64,000 bases of DNA from contig MGKQ01000020.1 of assembly GCA_001795735.1 (NCBI GenBank), forward strand, positions 52,050 through 116,049, in the 5' to 3' direction. This document shows positions 18,101-27,568 of the stretch, in pieces (position 1 is the first letter of the stretch; every line of letters starts with the position of its first letter). The position numbers and the translations under genes were made by a program. This stretch comes from Candidatus Yanofskybacteria bacterium RIFCSPLOWO2_02_FULL_41_13. GTDB lineage: Bacteria; Patescibacteriota; Minisyncoccia; 2-02-FULL-40-12; GWA2-44-9. The notes under the pieces were generated by a model. It saw only the letters and a list, made by a program, of their open reading frames with translations. It had not been told where the DNA came from and searched no databases.

Positions 18101-18856
18101 ATGAGAAATTATCTAAAAAAGCACAAACGTCACATTAGATTACTACTTCTTACTCTCGCTGGTTCGTGTGGGGTTTTAGTTTTGTCTGTCCTGTGGGACT
18201 TTGGAATTATAAATTTACCGCCGTCTCTAGTTTATTATATGAAGTTTGCTTCGAGCGGGGTTCATTCTCTTCCGGCGGCTGACGTTGTGCTACCTCTTAA
18301 GTTCCACCGCCAGGAGCATTCTTTAAGCTGTGAAGCGGCAACGCTAAAAATGGTTCTTGATTATCATGGTATAGATGTTTCCGAATCAGAGGTCATAAGC
18401 AAAATTCCAGTTGACGCTACTGTGCGATCTGGTGATGTTTGGGGAGATCCACATGTCGGCTTCGTCGGTAATGTAGATGGTAAAATGATGATTGACGGCT
18501 ATGGTGTTTATTGGGAGCCGATTGCTGTTGTGGCCAGCGAATGGAAAAAAACTGGCATAATAAAAAATGGCTCAGTCTCCGACTTAGTCGGCCATATCTC
18601 GGAAGGCCGGCCGATTATTATTTGGGGTTATCTCGGCAGGGGCAGGCCGGTGAGCTGGAAGACTCCGGATGGGGAGACGGTTAGAGCCGTTAACGGGGAG
18701 CATACGAGAGTGGTCTATGGGTATAAAGGATCGGCCGAAAAACCGGAGGGATTTTTTGTTATGGATCCGATATACGGCCCGGCTTTTTGGGAAACATCAG
18801 AACTTCTTCGCAACTGGGATGCATTCGAACGGATGGGGGTTGTGGTCTATCCTTAG
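18101..18856 (+). CDS. C39-like peptidase family protein
   Basis: QEHSLSCEAA, GDPHVGFVG, EHTRVVYGY, MDP. Confidence 0.8.
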   Translation: MRNYLKKHKRHIRLLLLTLAGSCGVLVLSVLWDFGIINLPPSLVYYMKFASSGVHSLPAADVVLPLKFHRQEHSLSCEAATLKMVLDYHGIDVSESEVISKIPVDATVRSGDVWGDPHVGFVGNVDGKMMIDGYGVYWEPIAVVASEWKKTGIIKNGSVSDLVGHISEGRPIIIWGYLGRGRPVSWKTPDGETVRAVNGEHTRVVYGYKGSAEKPEGFFVMDPIYGPAFWETSELLRNWDAFERMGVVVYP

Positions 18857-18910
18857 AACTTTTGCGTTCTAAAAATAAGAATTTGATTTTTACGCAAAAT
18901 ACAGTATAAT

Positions 18911-19663
18911 ATGCTAGTGAGAAAAATCATTATAAATATAGTCATATTTGTGGCCGTGCTCGTTGTGGGAGCATTTTTTGTTTTTTATAAAAATGAGCCA
19001 AATGTAATTAAGGAACCGATACCTTCTCCGCAGGTTTTTCAATCTGTCAGTCCTTCTGTTTCCCCATCCCCAATTCTAAATTCTAAATTTGAAATTCCAG
19101 ATTCGATCAATTTGGCCGTCCCATTTACCTCTCAGGCACCGACTAAGAATTGGGGTTTGCCGTTCGCTGAATTTTGCGAAGAGGCGTCGGCTCTTATGGC
19201 CGCCAGTTATATAAACGGCTGGTCTATACCGACTTCTGAATTTGCCGAGGGAAAAATGTTGGAGATAAAAGATTTTGAAGAAAAAAGATTCGGTTACTAT
19301 AAAGATACGACTGCCGAAGAAACGGCAATTATTTTAAGAGAATTTTATAAAATAGAAAAAGTTAAAGTGGTATATGATCCGACAGCTGAAGATATTAAAA
19401 AAGCTTTAGCCGACAAAAAAGTTATAGTTATTCCCGCCGCGGGTCGTCAGCTAGGCAATCCTTATTTCCAATCACCCGGCCCGATTTATCATATGTTAAT
19501 TATCAAGGGTTATACCAAAGAGGGGAATTTTATAACTAATGATCCCGGTACTCGCCGAGGCGCTGACTTTATTTATTCTCCCGGTGTTCTTATGAATGCC
19601 ATCCATGATTGGAATGGCGGAGATGTCGACAACGGCAAAAAGGTTATGATCGTTGTCGGGTAA
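18911..19663 (+). CDS. C39-like peptidase family protein, membrane-anchored
   Basis: VPFTSQAP, CEEAS, YHMLIIKGY, NDPGT. Confidence 0.8.
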   Translation: MLVRKIIINIVIFVAVLVVGAFFVFYKNEPNVIKEPIPSPQVFQSVSPSVSPSPILNSKFEIPDSINLAVPFTSQAPTKNWGLPFAEFCEEASALMAASYINGWSIPTSEFAEGKMLEIKDFEEKRFGYYKDTTAEETAIILREFYKIEKVKVVYDPTAEDIKKALADKKVIVIPAAGRQLGNPYFQSPGPIYHMLIIKGYTKEGNFITNDPGTRRGADFIYSPGVLMNAIHDWNGGDVDNGKKVMIVVG

Positions 19664-19833
19664 TTAGCAAATTCTACTCTCTGTTCATCATGCTCCTCGT
19701 CTTCGTCTCCAGCTTTGGTATGATGGCATGATATTAACATCAAAATCACAGGTAACCCTCACTTAACTACAGCTTTCGAACCGATAAATGCTTGGATTAC
19801 TGCATTTTTTGAATACGACTGACATTTCATTTC

Positions 19834-20046
19834 ATGAAAGAGAAAGACAATTTTGATAGAGCTATTGTATTATCAGGAGATGGTGATTTCTTGCCTGTAT
19901 TAAAACACCTCACAGCGAATAGTAAAACCATAGTGATATTGGGAAGGGGTAAACGGACCGCTAAAGAGATTAAGCAATTTGCTGGCAGTAATTTCAGGGA
20001 TTTTGAGTATCTCGAGACAAAAATCTCTTATACAGAGTATAAATAA
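19834..20046 (+). pseudogene. C-terminal fragment of a NYN/LabA (PIN-like) domain protein
   Basis: FDRAIVLSGDGDFLPV motif without the N-terminal half. Confidence 0.65.
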
Positions 20047-20216
20047 CGAAAAGCACCCACGAAGGATGCTTTTCACGTTTAGTACCTCTAATATACACCC
20101 TGGCAGATTAAAAGTCAATGAGGGATATAAACGAGCTTTTCCAGATTCGCGGATGTTGCTTTAAAACAAATTACTCAGCTTCTGGAAATAATTAAATAAA
20201 TATAAAGGGTTGGCAT

Positions 20217-20480
20217 TTAGCCAACCCTCGCAGAAACTTCCGCCTCAAATTTTTTAATTGCTTCTGTTAAATCCTGAATCATCTGACGAGCTTCATCAGC
20301 TCCGCCAATAATCCACCTGTCGCAAGAATGGGGCAGAACGATTACTGGGAGACGCTCCTCGTAGTCTCCACGAGCATCTGCTGGAGCATAATCTAGTGGG
20401 CTCTCATCGGAATCAAGGTCATTTTCGCTACGAACACTTTCCTCGGTAATTACCTGAACATCGCCTTTCGTATAAGCCAA
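20217..20480 (-). CDS. Small acidic hypothetical protein
   Basis: ORF with strong SD (AGGAGG) upstream of a TTG start. Confidence 0.55.
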   Translation of the reverse strand: MAYTKGDVQVITEESVRSENDLDSDESPLDYAPADARGDYEERLPVIVLPHSCDRWIIGGADEARQMIQDLTEAIKKFEAEVSARVG

Positions 20481-20642
20481 AACACACCTCCTTAAAACCC
20501 GAAATCCCCATCTGAATCAGACCATTTGATAAATCTGATTGAGGCTGGGCTGTAGGAACCACTGTACTGAATGATAATACTATATTTTATAAACTATGTC
20601 AATCTCTCCGTTTTGAGTTAGGTGTTTTGAAAATCTAAGCGA

Positions 20643-20764
20643 GGAGACTATACCCAGAGAGGAAATTCGCAGGCAAGCCGGCTTGGTTCTGCGGCTTGCC
20701 GAGTACTTAAGATTCGGTTTTCGCTGGAGAAACCGAATGTGGTCCGAGTCTGGGTATAATCTCC
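20643..20764. mobile_element. Palindromic MITE-like element, family A copy 2
   Basis: TIR GGAGACTATACCCAGA/TCTGGGTATAATCTCC; reverse complement aligns with 46598-46759. Confidence 0.78.
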
Positions 20765-20770
20765 GAGCGA

Positions 20771-22126
20771 CTAAGCTTGATGAGGATCTAGCTCTCCATC
20801 AACTTGCGGAGCCGAAGGTAGTCTTTTGAGACGATAGGGAAGGAGGAGCATGAGAAAAATAAGTTCGATTAAGCTGGCCGTAGAAAAAGCAACGGGGATG
20901 GCTAAGATGTCGAGTGATGGAGCCAGAAGATAGCCTCCGCCGACGGCGATGCAAAGCCCAATGATACTTAATACGACCGGAACGGTCGTATTTTTTGTTG
21001 CATAAAAAGCCCTGGCAAGAAGGTGTCTGAGAGATTCAGTTGGCATGGCCAAGGTAAAAACCCCAAGCATTGTCGCTGTTCTTTGTATGGCTTCCTCAGT
21101 AAAATTCCCTCCGCCCAGAACTATTCTGATAAGAGGTTCACGGATGAGAAAAGTAACAAGAGCGGCAAGAACACTTCCGCCCAGTATCAGCCAGAAAGAA
21201 TTTTTTAAAGTTTTTTTGAATTCTTCCTGTGAATGATCAGAAATAGCCTTAGCCATAACCGGAAAGGCGGTGGTTGAAAATGTTATTCCTATTAAGCTTA
21301 CAGGCACACTCTGAAAATTACGGGCAAAACTCATTATTGCCACCGAACCGACGGAAAGCCCCGAGGCAATAACTGTGAAACCCCAGAACATAGCCAACTC
21401 TACCGGATGGCCGAACATTTTAGGGATCATTAGCTGAATTGTTTTTTTGAATTCCGGTGTTTTGAATTGGAAGTTCAGTTTAAATCTGAAACCCGATAAG
21501 ACAGCATCAATACACCTCATTAACATATGAAGAAAGGCGCCGACGACAGTTCCGATAGCTATTCCGATCACACCGAAGTTAGGCGACAGGAATATCACTC
21601 CGCCGATGATCCCGAGGTTATACATAATAGGCGAGAGGCCATAGAATAAAAATCTTTTCTTGGCTACGAGCATTGCTCCAAAAGTATTTGAGATTCCGAA
21701 TAGGATAGGCGAGATAGCAAGTATTCTTAATATTTTTGCAACTAAAGCCAGATCTTCTTTAATGAAGCCGGGAGCGGCAAGAAAAGCGATAGAATCGGCG
21801 AATAAAAAAATAACTACTGCTGAGAAAAGCATCAGGCCGGTTGCTCCGCTAATAACCGAGCTGGTATATTCGTAAGCTTTTTGTCTGTTGGAATGAAAAA
21901 TCTCCAGAAATATCGGGACAAAGGCGGCGGCAATACCAGAAGCAATCAAAATATTAAAAAGAAGATCCGGGATTAAAAAAGCCGCGTTATAGGCATCAAG
22001 GGCCCGGGAAGCGCCGAATGTCTGGGCAAATGTTCGGTCGCGCAAAAGACCCAGGGCATACGAAGCAAGAGTAGTTAATCCGAGAGTAATACTTCCGGCG
22101 GGGATTAGTTTGCTTATTTTAAGCAT
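20771..22126 (-). CDS. murJ: Lipid II flippase MurJ (MviN)
   Basis: LGLLRDR...FGAS..LDAYNAAFLIPD, AFVPIF, ARAFYA. Confidence 0.9.
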   Translation of the reverse strand: MLKISKLIPAGSITLGLTTLASYALGLLRDRTFAQTFGASRALDAYNAAFLIPDLLFNILIASGIAAAFVPIFLEIFHSNRQKAYEYTSSVISGATGLMLFSAVVIFLFADSIAFLAAPGFIKEDLALVAKILRILAISPILFGISNTFGAMLVAKKRFLFYGLSPIMYNLGIIGGVIFLSPNFGVIGIAIGTVVGAFLHMLMRCIDAVLSGFRFKLNFQFKTPEFKKTIQLMIPKMFGHPVELAMFWGFTVIASGLSVGSVAIMSFARNFQSVPVSLIGITFSTTAFPVMAKAISDHSQEEFKKTLKNSFWLILGGSVLAALVTFLIREPLIRIVLGGGNFTEEAIQRTATMLGVFTLAMPTESLRHLLARAFYATKNTTVPVVLSIIGLCIAVGGGYLLAPSLDILAIPVAFSTASLIELIFLMLLLPYRLKRLPSAPQVDGELDPHQA

Positions 22127-22213
22127 GGTAGTATTCTACCACTACTTCAATTTATGTAATAATATGGTCAGAATAACGTCTTCATATATGATAAACAAGC
22201 CTGATATTATGGA

Positions 22214-22331
22214 TCCCGTACAAAGTCACCCTAACGGGTTTCCCATTCTAATTTATAAGCAAATTCATAGCTGGTTATATATCTATCCAACATTTGTTGG
22301 TAGTATGTTATACATATGACTTTGTACGGGA
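22214..22331. mobile_element. MITE-like element, family B copy 1, at the sigma-factor start codon
   Basis: Perfect 15-bp TIR TCCCGTACAAAGTCA; TGGA duplicated on both sides. Confidence 0.8.
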
Positions 22332-22816
22332 TGGAGCAATTTACGAAAGCCTATGATGATCTATCAGATGCGATTTTCAGGCATTGCTGGTTTAGAATTG
22401 GAGATAGGGAGCGGGCCAAAGACCTTATGCAGGATACGTTCATAAAATCATGGCAATATATAAAAGAAGGAACGGAGGTTAATAATCTGAAAGCATTTTT
22501 ATATCGGGTTGCCAATAATCTGATAATTGATGAATACAGGAAGAAGAAAGAAGTATCATTGGATAATCTGATGGCTGAAGGATTTGAGCCGGGGTTAGAT
22601 GAAAGGAGTAAAAATGAAGCCGGTATTGATGCCAAATTAGCCATGAGCGTCATCAATAAATTAGACGACAAATACCGTAAACCGATTTTGATGAGGTACA
22701 TCGATGAATTATCGCCTAGAGAAATAGCAAGTATTCTTGGTGAAAGCGAGAATAATATTTCAGTAAAAATACACAGGGGACTCAAGCAACTCAAGGAGTT
22801 GCTAAATAACAAATAA
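22331..22816 (+). CDS. ECF RNA polymerase sigma factor
   Basis: AKDLMQDTFIKSW, AFLYRVANNLIIDEYRK, region-4 HTH. Confidence 0.92.
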   Translation: MEQFTKAYDDLSDAIFRHCWFRIGDRERAKDLMQDTFIKSWQYIKEGTEVNNLKAFLYRVANNLIIDEYRKKKEVSLDNLMAEGFEPGLDERSKNEAGIDAKLAMSVINKLDDKYRKPILMRYIDELSPREIASILGESENNISVKIHRGLKQLKELLNNK

Positions 22817-22826
22817 CAAATTACAA

Positions 22827-23660
22827 ATGACAAATAAGATAGAACAATTCATTAAATCGGCCAAACAATTTAAGCTTTTGAATAGAGAAAGAGCCGATAT
22901 TAAAGATCAGGTTTTTAATTTTATAAAAAATAATCCTGTAAGAAGTGAAGTTAAACCTCATCTTAACTACGGGTCGAATGTGTTTTTTATCCCGATTTTG
23001 TCCAAGTATATGACTTGGCTATCCCGATCAATAGATCGCGGATTCGCGATACTGAAAGTATCGGAACAAAATCGAGGATCCTCGATTGGCTTGAAACCAA
23101 TCGGGACAAAATTTAGTTTCTCATCTGTTATGGCAGTACTACTAATTATTTCAGTCTTGGTCGGTGGCGGGGTGGCTGTCGGTGCCGAAAGGGCATTGCC
23201 GGGCGACATTCTTTATCCGATTAAGGTTGATGTCACTGAAGAAGTAAGGGGCTGGATGTCAGTTTCTGAAGAGGCGAAAGCCGATTGGGAATTGAGACGT
23301 GTTCAAAGAAGGCTTGAAGAGGCTGAAGAAATGGCCTCCGAAGGTTCTCTTGATGCTGATGCTGGGGCAAGAATAGAAGCGAACTTCGACGATCATGCCC
23401 AGAGAGTAATGGCTCGTGTGGAAAAATTCAAAAATAAGGAGAATTTTAACGCAGCCGCAAGCGTAAGCCTGAACTTCGAAACAGCACTTAAGGCTCATGA
23501 GAAAATACTATCAAGATTGGCTGAAACTAGAGGTGATGTTGAAGTCCAGGTTAAGCCTATACGGGCAAGGATAAAATCTGAAGTTCGCAGGTCGGTCGAA
23601 GAACGGAGACAGCTTAAACTAAAGATTGAAAGTGGGGACAACTTATCGGATATTAAATAA
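22827..23660 (+). CDS. Putative anti-sigma factor (TM + DUF5667-like domain)
   Basis: Follows ECF sigma; TM helix then AERALPGDILYPIK...RRLEEA. Confidence 0.78.
   Translation: MTNKIEQFIKSAKQFKLLNRERADIKDQVFNFIKNNPVRSEVKPHLNYGSNVFFIPILSKYMTWLSRSIDRGFAILKVSEQNRGSSIGLKPIGTKFSFSSVMAVLLIISVLVGGGVAVGAERALPGDILYPIKVDVTEEVRGWMSVSEEAKADWELRRVQRRLEEAEEMASEGSLDADAGARIEANFDDHAQRVMARVEKFKNKENFNAAASVSLNFETALKAHEKILSRLAETRGDVEVQVKPIRARIKSEVRRSVEERRQLKLKIESGDNLSDIK
22990..23106. mobile_element. Double-hairpin element, family C copy 1, in-frame in the anti-sigma gene
   Basis: TCCCGATTTTGT...ACAAAATCGAGGATCCTCGATT...AATCGGGA; 117 bp; second copy at 53758. Confidence 0.78.
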
Positions 23661-23730
23661 TTAAGGATACCTTCCTTCGTGGGCATTTTGATTGTTGGAT
23701 AAACAACGCTTACCTGATATAATTGATATC

Positions 23731-25230
23731 ATGACTGGTAAACCCGATGACAAACTAAAAATACTTTTTGTCGCTTCAGAAGCGGCTCCTTTCGTAAAAG
23801 TCGGTGGTTTGGGCGAAGTAATGAACTCTTTACCGAGGGCATTGCGTAAGATTGGCCATGATGCCAGAGTCCTTGTTCCTAAATATGCTACCATTGATGT
23901 CGAAAGATATCCCCTAGAGACGGAGTTAAACAATATAAGGGTGGAAAGCGGAGATAAAGATCCTTTCGGAATCTTAGTCTCAAATGTCCTCAGATATAAG
24001 AGTGCTGACGGTGGCGTTAACTATTTTTTGGAGAATATGGAATATTATGAGAAGAGGGCTAATGTCTATGGATATTCCGATGATACGGTAAGGTGGGTTC
24101 TTCTTTCTAAAGCTTCTCTCGAATTTGTTAAAAAGTCATCTTGGAAGCCGGATGTCATAGTTGCCTCTGATTGGCAAACCGGTTTTATTCCCAATCTGGT
24201 TCATACCGATTATAAAGACGACCCTATTTTATCCAAGATTCCGGTTGTTTTCTCTATTCACAATCTTAAATACCAGGGCATGTTCGATCCGCGCTTTGTC
24301 TCTGAGATGGATCATGATTCCGGTCAGGCTCCTATCTCCGATTTTTTTGATCCAAGAACTTTGAAGCTTAGCGGCATGAGGAGGGGGATAATGTATGCCG
24401 ATGTGATTAATACTGTTTCTCCGACCTATGCCCGGGAGATATTAACTGAAGAATTCGGTGAAGGTCTGAATGCTCTGCTTAGTGAACGCAAAAGCCGTCT
24501 TTTCGGTATTCTTAATGGTATAAATACTGAATCGTTGAATCCTGAGACCGATAAGGACTTGGTAGCTAACTATTCAATAAAGTCTCTTAATAAAAAGCTT
24601 GAAAATCAGAAAGCTTTACAAAAACAATTTGGATTGCCAGCTACCGAGGGAGATATTTTTGTCGTTGGTATGGTTGGTCGGATGGATGGCCAGAAAGGAT
24701 TTGATATTGTAACTCAGATGCTGGGCCCATTAATGGATAATATAAACTTTCAGTTTGTTATTGTCGGTGAAGGGGATGCGGGATACAGAATGTACTTTGA
24801 ACAATTGAAAGAAAAATATCCGAACAGGGTTGGAACCCATTTTGCTTTTGATGCTCGTTTGCCCAGAATGATATTCGGTGGAGCGGACGCGGTTTTAATA
24901 CCGTCAAAATATGAGCCGTCAGGATTAGTACAGATGGAGGCAATGCGCTATGGCTGTGTTCCGATTGTCCGCAAAGTAGGCGGACTTGCCGATTCAGTCG
25001 AAGATTTTACTCCGGAAAAAGAGGAGGGGACTGGTTTTGTTTTTGAAAAATACGATCCGTTTTCCCTCACTATCGCCGTTATTAGGGCTAGTGAGCTCTA
25101 TCGCCAGAAAAAAGAATGGGAAAAGCTCATGAAGCGGGCAATGGCCAAAGATTTTTCATGGGAAAAGTCAGCTAGAGAGTATATTAAATTATTTGAGATG
25201 GCTCTGAGGTTTCATAGGGAATCTCAATAA
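23731..25230 (+). CDS. glgA: Glycogen/starch synthase (GT5)
   Basis: EAAPFVKVGGLG, DWQT, IHNLKYQG, PSKYEPSGLVQMEAMRYG, VGGLADSV. Confidence 0.92.
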   Translation: MTGKPDDKLKILFVASEAAPFVKVGGLGEVMNSLPRALRKIGHDARVLVPKYATIDVERYPLETELNNIRVESGDKDPFGILVSNVLRYKSADGGVNYFLENMEYYEKRANVYGYSDDTVRWVLLSKASLEFVKKSSWKPDVIVASDWQTGFIPNLVHTDYKDDPILSKIPVVFSIHNLKYQGMFDPRFVSEMDHDSGQAPISDFFDPRTLKLSGMRRGIMYADVINTVSPTYAREILTEEFGEGLNALLSERKSRLFGILNGINTESLNPETDKDLVANYSIKSLNKKLENQKALQKQFGLPATEGDIFVVGMVGRMDGQKGFDIVTQMLGPLMDNINFQFVIVGEGDAGYRMYFEQLKEKYPNRVGTHFAFDARLPRMIFGGADAVLIPSKYEPSGLVQMEAMRYGCVPIVRKVGGLADSVEDFTPEKEEGTGFVFEKYDPFSLTIAVIRASELYRQKKEWEKLMKRAMAKDFSWEKSAREYIKLFEMALRFHRESQ

Positions 25231-25314
25231 TTTTCAATTTTCAATCAATGTTTTAGAGACTTAATTTTAAAAATTCATTGAAAATTTTAAATTTTAAATT
25301 GTTAAATTCCTCAT

Positions 25315-26670
25315 TTGTATTGGGCTAATTTCCTCCATATTTATCAGCCTCCGACCCAAAAGGAGATTTGGGTTAGACGAATAACAAAAGAATCATACCG
25401 GAAAATTTTTTCCGGCTTTTTAAATATTTCTCAATGCCGACTGACGCTCAATATAAATAGCGTTCTGTGCGAGCTTCTTGAAAAATGGGGAGGCGAAGAT
25501 GTGATTAAAGATATTCGGGAACTGCTTAAGCAGGGGAAGCTTGAGCTTACGGGTAGTGCAAAATATCATGCATTTCTTCCTTTCATGCCCGAAGAAGAGA
25601 TAAAGCGTCAGATAAAACTTGATGAGGAGGGTTTAGATAAATACTTTGGAAAATATTGGAATAAAAAAGGTTTTTTCAGCCCTGAAATGGCTTATTCCGA
25701 TAAAGTTGCTAAAGTCGCAAAAGAACTTGGCTATGAATGGATTCTTGTCGATGAAATGGGTTTTCCTCCAGACCGTAAATACAGGCAGGATATGATTTAT
25801 CAGATACCAAGCGCAGGTAATATAGACGTGTTTTTTCGGGAGCGAAGTCTTTCATTCATTGTGCTTTCAGCTCAGATAGGAACGATGCCGGCTATTGTTC
25901 GTTACCTGGGAGATCGGCTTAATAAAAACGAATATGCTGTTACGGCTATGGATGGAGAAACCTTCGGCCATCACAGGCCGGGCATGGAGCAATTTTTATT
26001 CGATCTTTTATCTGATGAGAAAATAAAAACAGTTGCGATTAGCGATCTGGCCGAGTTATTTAAGAACAGAGAAGATATTCAACCCCGGCCGTCCACCTGG
26101 GCGGTTACGGAAGATGATATGAAGCGCAATGAGCCTTATGCCCGTTGGAATCGCAAGGATAATGAAATACAGAGATATCAGTGGGAGTTAACGGATTTGG
26201 CGGTAAACGTAGCTGAGAGAACTCCCGATAATGAAGTTTTGCGCTCGGCTCTTGATAGGGCTATTCATTCCGATCAGTACTGGTGGGCATCGGCCAGGCC
26301 GTGGTGGAGTCTGGAGATGATAGAGCGCGGCGCCTATGAGCTTAGGCAGATAATTCTGAGCTCTCCAAAATCAACGGATGAAGAAAAAACAAGGGCGGGT
26401 GAATATTACAAAAATATTTTGTATAAAGGTTTTGATTGGCAGCGAGAGGGTAAGGTTGATGAAATTGCCCGACAGGAAGACGAAGATGTTCTGGGCAGGT
26501 TGCATGGAAAGGGTAAATTATTTATTACCAAAGCCGAGTATGGCCAGATGGTAGAAACATTAAAAGAGCAAGTTCAGTCCGCATCAAAAGATGGAGATTA
26601 TCATAGGGCGGCAATGCTGAAGGATAGGATACAAGAGCTAACTGAAGAGATGGACGAGACTAGTCTCTAG
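25315..26670 (+). CDS. GH57-family glycoside hydrolase with C-terminal UvrB/C-like coiled motif
   Basis: FLHIYQP, YHAFLP, SPEMAY, MDGETFGHH, HSDQYWW. Confidence 0.85.
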   Translation: MYWANFLHIYQPPTQKEIWVRRITKESYRKIFSGFLNISQCRLTLNINSVLCELLEKWGGEDVIKDIRELLKQGKLELTGSAKYHAFLPFMPEEEIKRQIKLDEEGLDKYFGKYWNKKGFFSPEMAYSDKVAKVAKELGYEWILVDEMGFPPDRKYRQDMIYQIPSAGNIDVFFRERSLSFIVLSAQIGTMPAIVRYLGDRLNKNEYAVTAMDGETFGHHRPGMEQFLFDLLSDEKIKTVAISDLAELFKNREDIQPRPSTWAVTEDDMKRNEPYARWNRKDNEIQRYQWELTDLAVNVAERTPDNEVLRSALDRAIHSDQYWWASARPWWSLEMIERGAYELRQIILSSPKSTDEEKTRAGEYYKNILYKGFDWQREGKVDEIARQEDEDVLGRLHGKGKLFITKAEYGQMVETLKEQVQSASKDGDYHRAAMLKDRIQELTEEMDETSL

Positions 26671-26692
26671 CTCCTAATTAAAAAATTCCCCA

Positions 26693-27460
26693 TTAGGGAA
26701 TTTTTTTCTTTTCTATTAATTCAAACACAGTTCCTGGGCTATCAGTAAATATGCCGTCAACACCTAGGTCAACGAAATAGTTCATATCTTCGGGGTCATT
26801 GAAAATTCCGGCCCAGATTTTGGTACCTCTTCTTTGAATTTCTGATATCTGTTTTTTAAAATTAAGAGTTCTTACCTTTGCTTTAAACAACGACTTTGTT
26901 ATCAGTCTTACAGGAAGCGGTTCCAGAAGCCAGCCGATAGACATGGCATCCGGATTATATTTATCGGCTACCTCCAACAGATTCCATGAAGTCGTGGTTA
27001 TTATCTGAATTTTAGTCTTGGGATATATTTTTTTTGCCAGCAACAGGAGTCCGGCGTGGGATTCTATGGTTATCCAGCGTGCTTTTTTTTCGAAAGCGGT
27101 AAAATATATCCTATTTTGCAAACCCTTATCAAGAACCATCTCAACAGCTTTTTTAACAAGTTCTTCAGAGTTTTGTTTTATGTCTAAACAGCAAAAAGTG
27201 TCGGAGAATGATTTAAGAAGGCTAAGAAAATCATTAAGTTGCATAACTTTAAAAACAGATTTATCAATATCCCGCCATTTCATATCTGCTAAGTTCGGCT
27301 TAGTGCTGTCGGGATGATAAATTATGATCCTTTTATCCGCGGTAAATGAGATATCCGTCTCAATGCCGGTTACTCCAAGGTTGTATGCCGATATGAAGCT
27401 TCTTAGGCTATTGCCTAGTTCATGAGGTGAGGTTCTGCCCCTATGGGATATGACTTCCAT
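26693..27460 (-). CDS. Glycerophosphodiester phosphodiesterase family
   Basis: ISHRG, GIETDI, LDIK, GVDGIFTD. Confidence 0.85.
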   Translation of the reverse strand: MEVISHRGRTSPHELGNSLRSFISAYNLGVTGIETDISFTADKRIIIYHPDSTKPNLADMKWRDIDKSVFKVMQLNDFLSLLKSFSDTFCCLDIKQNSEELVKKAVEMVLDKGLQNRIYFTAFEKKARWITIESHAGLLLLAKKIYPKTKIQIITTTSWNLLEVADKYNPDAMSIGWLLEPLPVRLITKSLFKAKVRTLNFKKQISEIQRRGTKIWAGIFNDPEDMNYFVDLGVDGIFTDSPGTVFELIEKKKIP

Positions 27461-27568
27461 GGCCGCTCGTTATAAAGGAACTTTTATTATGGTATAATTG
27501 TTTTTGATGAATAAATCAACTTTTTAAAAACTCTGCTTATAAAATACTTTATGCTATAATTAAGCATT

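Noticed and set aside
22351-22833. Long antisense ORFs such as 22351-22833, 34255-34749 and 5726-6139
   Set aside because: Shadows of well-supported genes on the opposite strand
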